Assembly: GCF_963921235.1 (NCBI RefSeq)
Contig: NC_086108.1
Span: 23,312,001-23,376,000, forward strand
From: Mobula hypostoma
Lineage: Eukaryota
Length of the DNA: 64,000 bases
Direction: 5' to 3'
The notes below the pieces were generated by a model. That model made no database searches. It saw only the letters and a program-made list of their open reading frames with translations, and had not been told where the DNA came from. Positions 63,064 to 64,000 of this stretch are shown piece after piece. Position numbers and translations under genes: made by a program. Position 1 is the first letter of the stretch. Every line of letters starts with the position of its first letter.

Positions 63064-64000
63064 AATTGATGGGAAAAGAACACTGGCAGGGAAGATGGCA
63101 GAGCAGCAATGGCCGGAATTTCTGGAAGCAATTTGGAAGGCACAGGATATATACATCCTAAAGAAGAGGCATTCTAAAGGCAGGATGACACGACCGTGGC
63201 TAACAAGAGAAGTCAAAGCCAGCATAAAAACCAAAGAGGGGGCATATAATAGAGCAAAAATAGATGGAAAGTTAGAGGATTGGGAAGTTTTTAAAAACCA
63301 ACAGAAGACAACTAAAAAAGACATTAAGAAGGTAAAGATGGAATAGAAAAGTAAACTAGCCAATAATATTAAAAAGGATACCAAAAGTTTCTTCAGATAA
63401 TAAAGTGTAAAAGAGAGGTAAGAGTGAGTAGGTGGATATCGGACAACTGGAAAACAGTGCTGGAGAGGTATAATGGGGGACAAAGAAATGGCAGTCACAC
63501 TGAATAAGTATTTCACATCAGTCTTCACTGTGGAAGACATTAGCAGTATGGCAGAAACTACAGGTGTCCGGGGGTATGAAGTGCATGGTTACCATTACTA
63601 GAGAGAAGGTTCATGGGAAACTGAAAGATCCAAAGTTAGGTAAGTCACCTGGACTTGATGGTGTACAGCCTAGGGTTCTGAAAGAGGTGGATGAAGAGGT
63701 TTTGGAGTCTGTGTTGGGATCGGTTATTTTTCTGTTATATGTCAATGATTTGGATGGTGCAACTGATGACTTTGTTGCAAAGTTTGCAGATGATATGAAG
63801 ATAGGTGGAGGGGCAGGCAGCTTTGAGGAAGTAGAGAGGCTACAGAAGGACCTAGACAGATTAGGACAATGGGCAAAGCAGTGGCAGATGGAATACAGTG
63901 TTGGGAAGTGTATGGTCATGCATTTTGGTAGAAGAAATGAAAGGATAGACTACTTTCTAAATGGACAGAAAATATATAAAACTGAGGCACAAAGGGACTT
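63064..64000 (+). mobile_element. CR1 ORF2, host element part 2 (runs off the window)
   Basis: RPWLTREVKASIKTKE..., aagtcacctggacttgatgg (KSPGLDG), then an internal deletion to KFADDMKIGG. Confidence 0.88.

Noticed and set aside
55509..64000. Next PAPPA2 exon (GEECDDG...)
   Set aside because: Not found. The region is almost entirely TE-derived.

Overview
Eukaryotic, repeat-rich vertebrate DNA. The CR1/HER1-type LINEs, HE1-like SINEs and Penelope families point to a cartilaginous fish, probably a ray or shark (inference). The only host gene I can see is four internal + strand coding exons of a pappalysin, most like PAPPA2: 11732-11924, 41973-42094, 48914-49409 and 55380-55508. They join through GT-AG introns with matching phases (30,048, 6,819 and 5,970 bp). 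The start and stop of the gene lie outside the window. The rest is intron, filled with CR1 and Rex1/Babar LINEs, Penelope-like elements (PLEs), a broken Tc1 transposon, MITEs, a solo LTR, SINEs, a 24-bp minisatellite and simple repeats. I find no clearly new biological system. The most interesting signals are: (1) two families of PLE termini carrying hammerhead ribozyme cores, often as inverted pairs; (2) a 1.5-kb minisatellite apparently born from the last codons of a Rex1-type LINE; (3) a near-identical inverted CR1 pair bracketing a frame-neutral two-exon block; (4) a near full-length CR1 with tandem 5' monomers that split the Tc1 and removed a catalytic motif. Family names and comparisons with human proteins come from recall, not from database searches. 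Boundaries of old elements are approximate.
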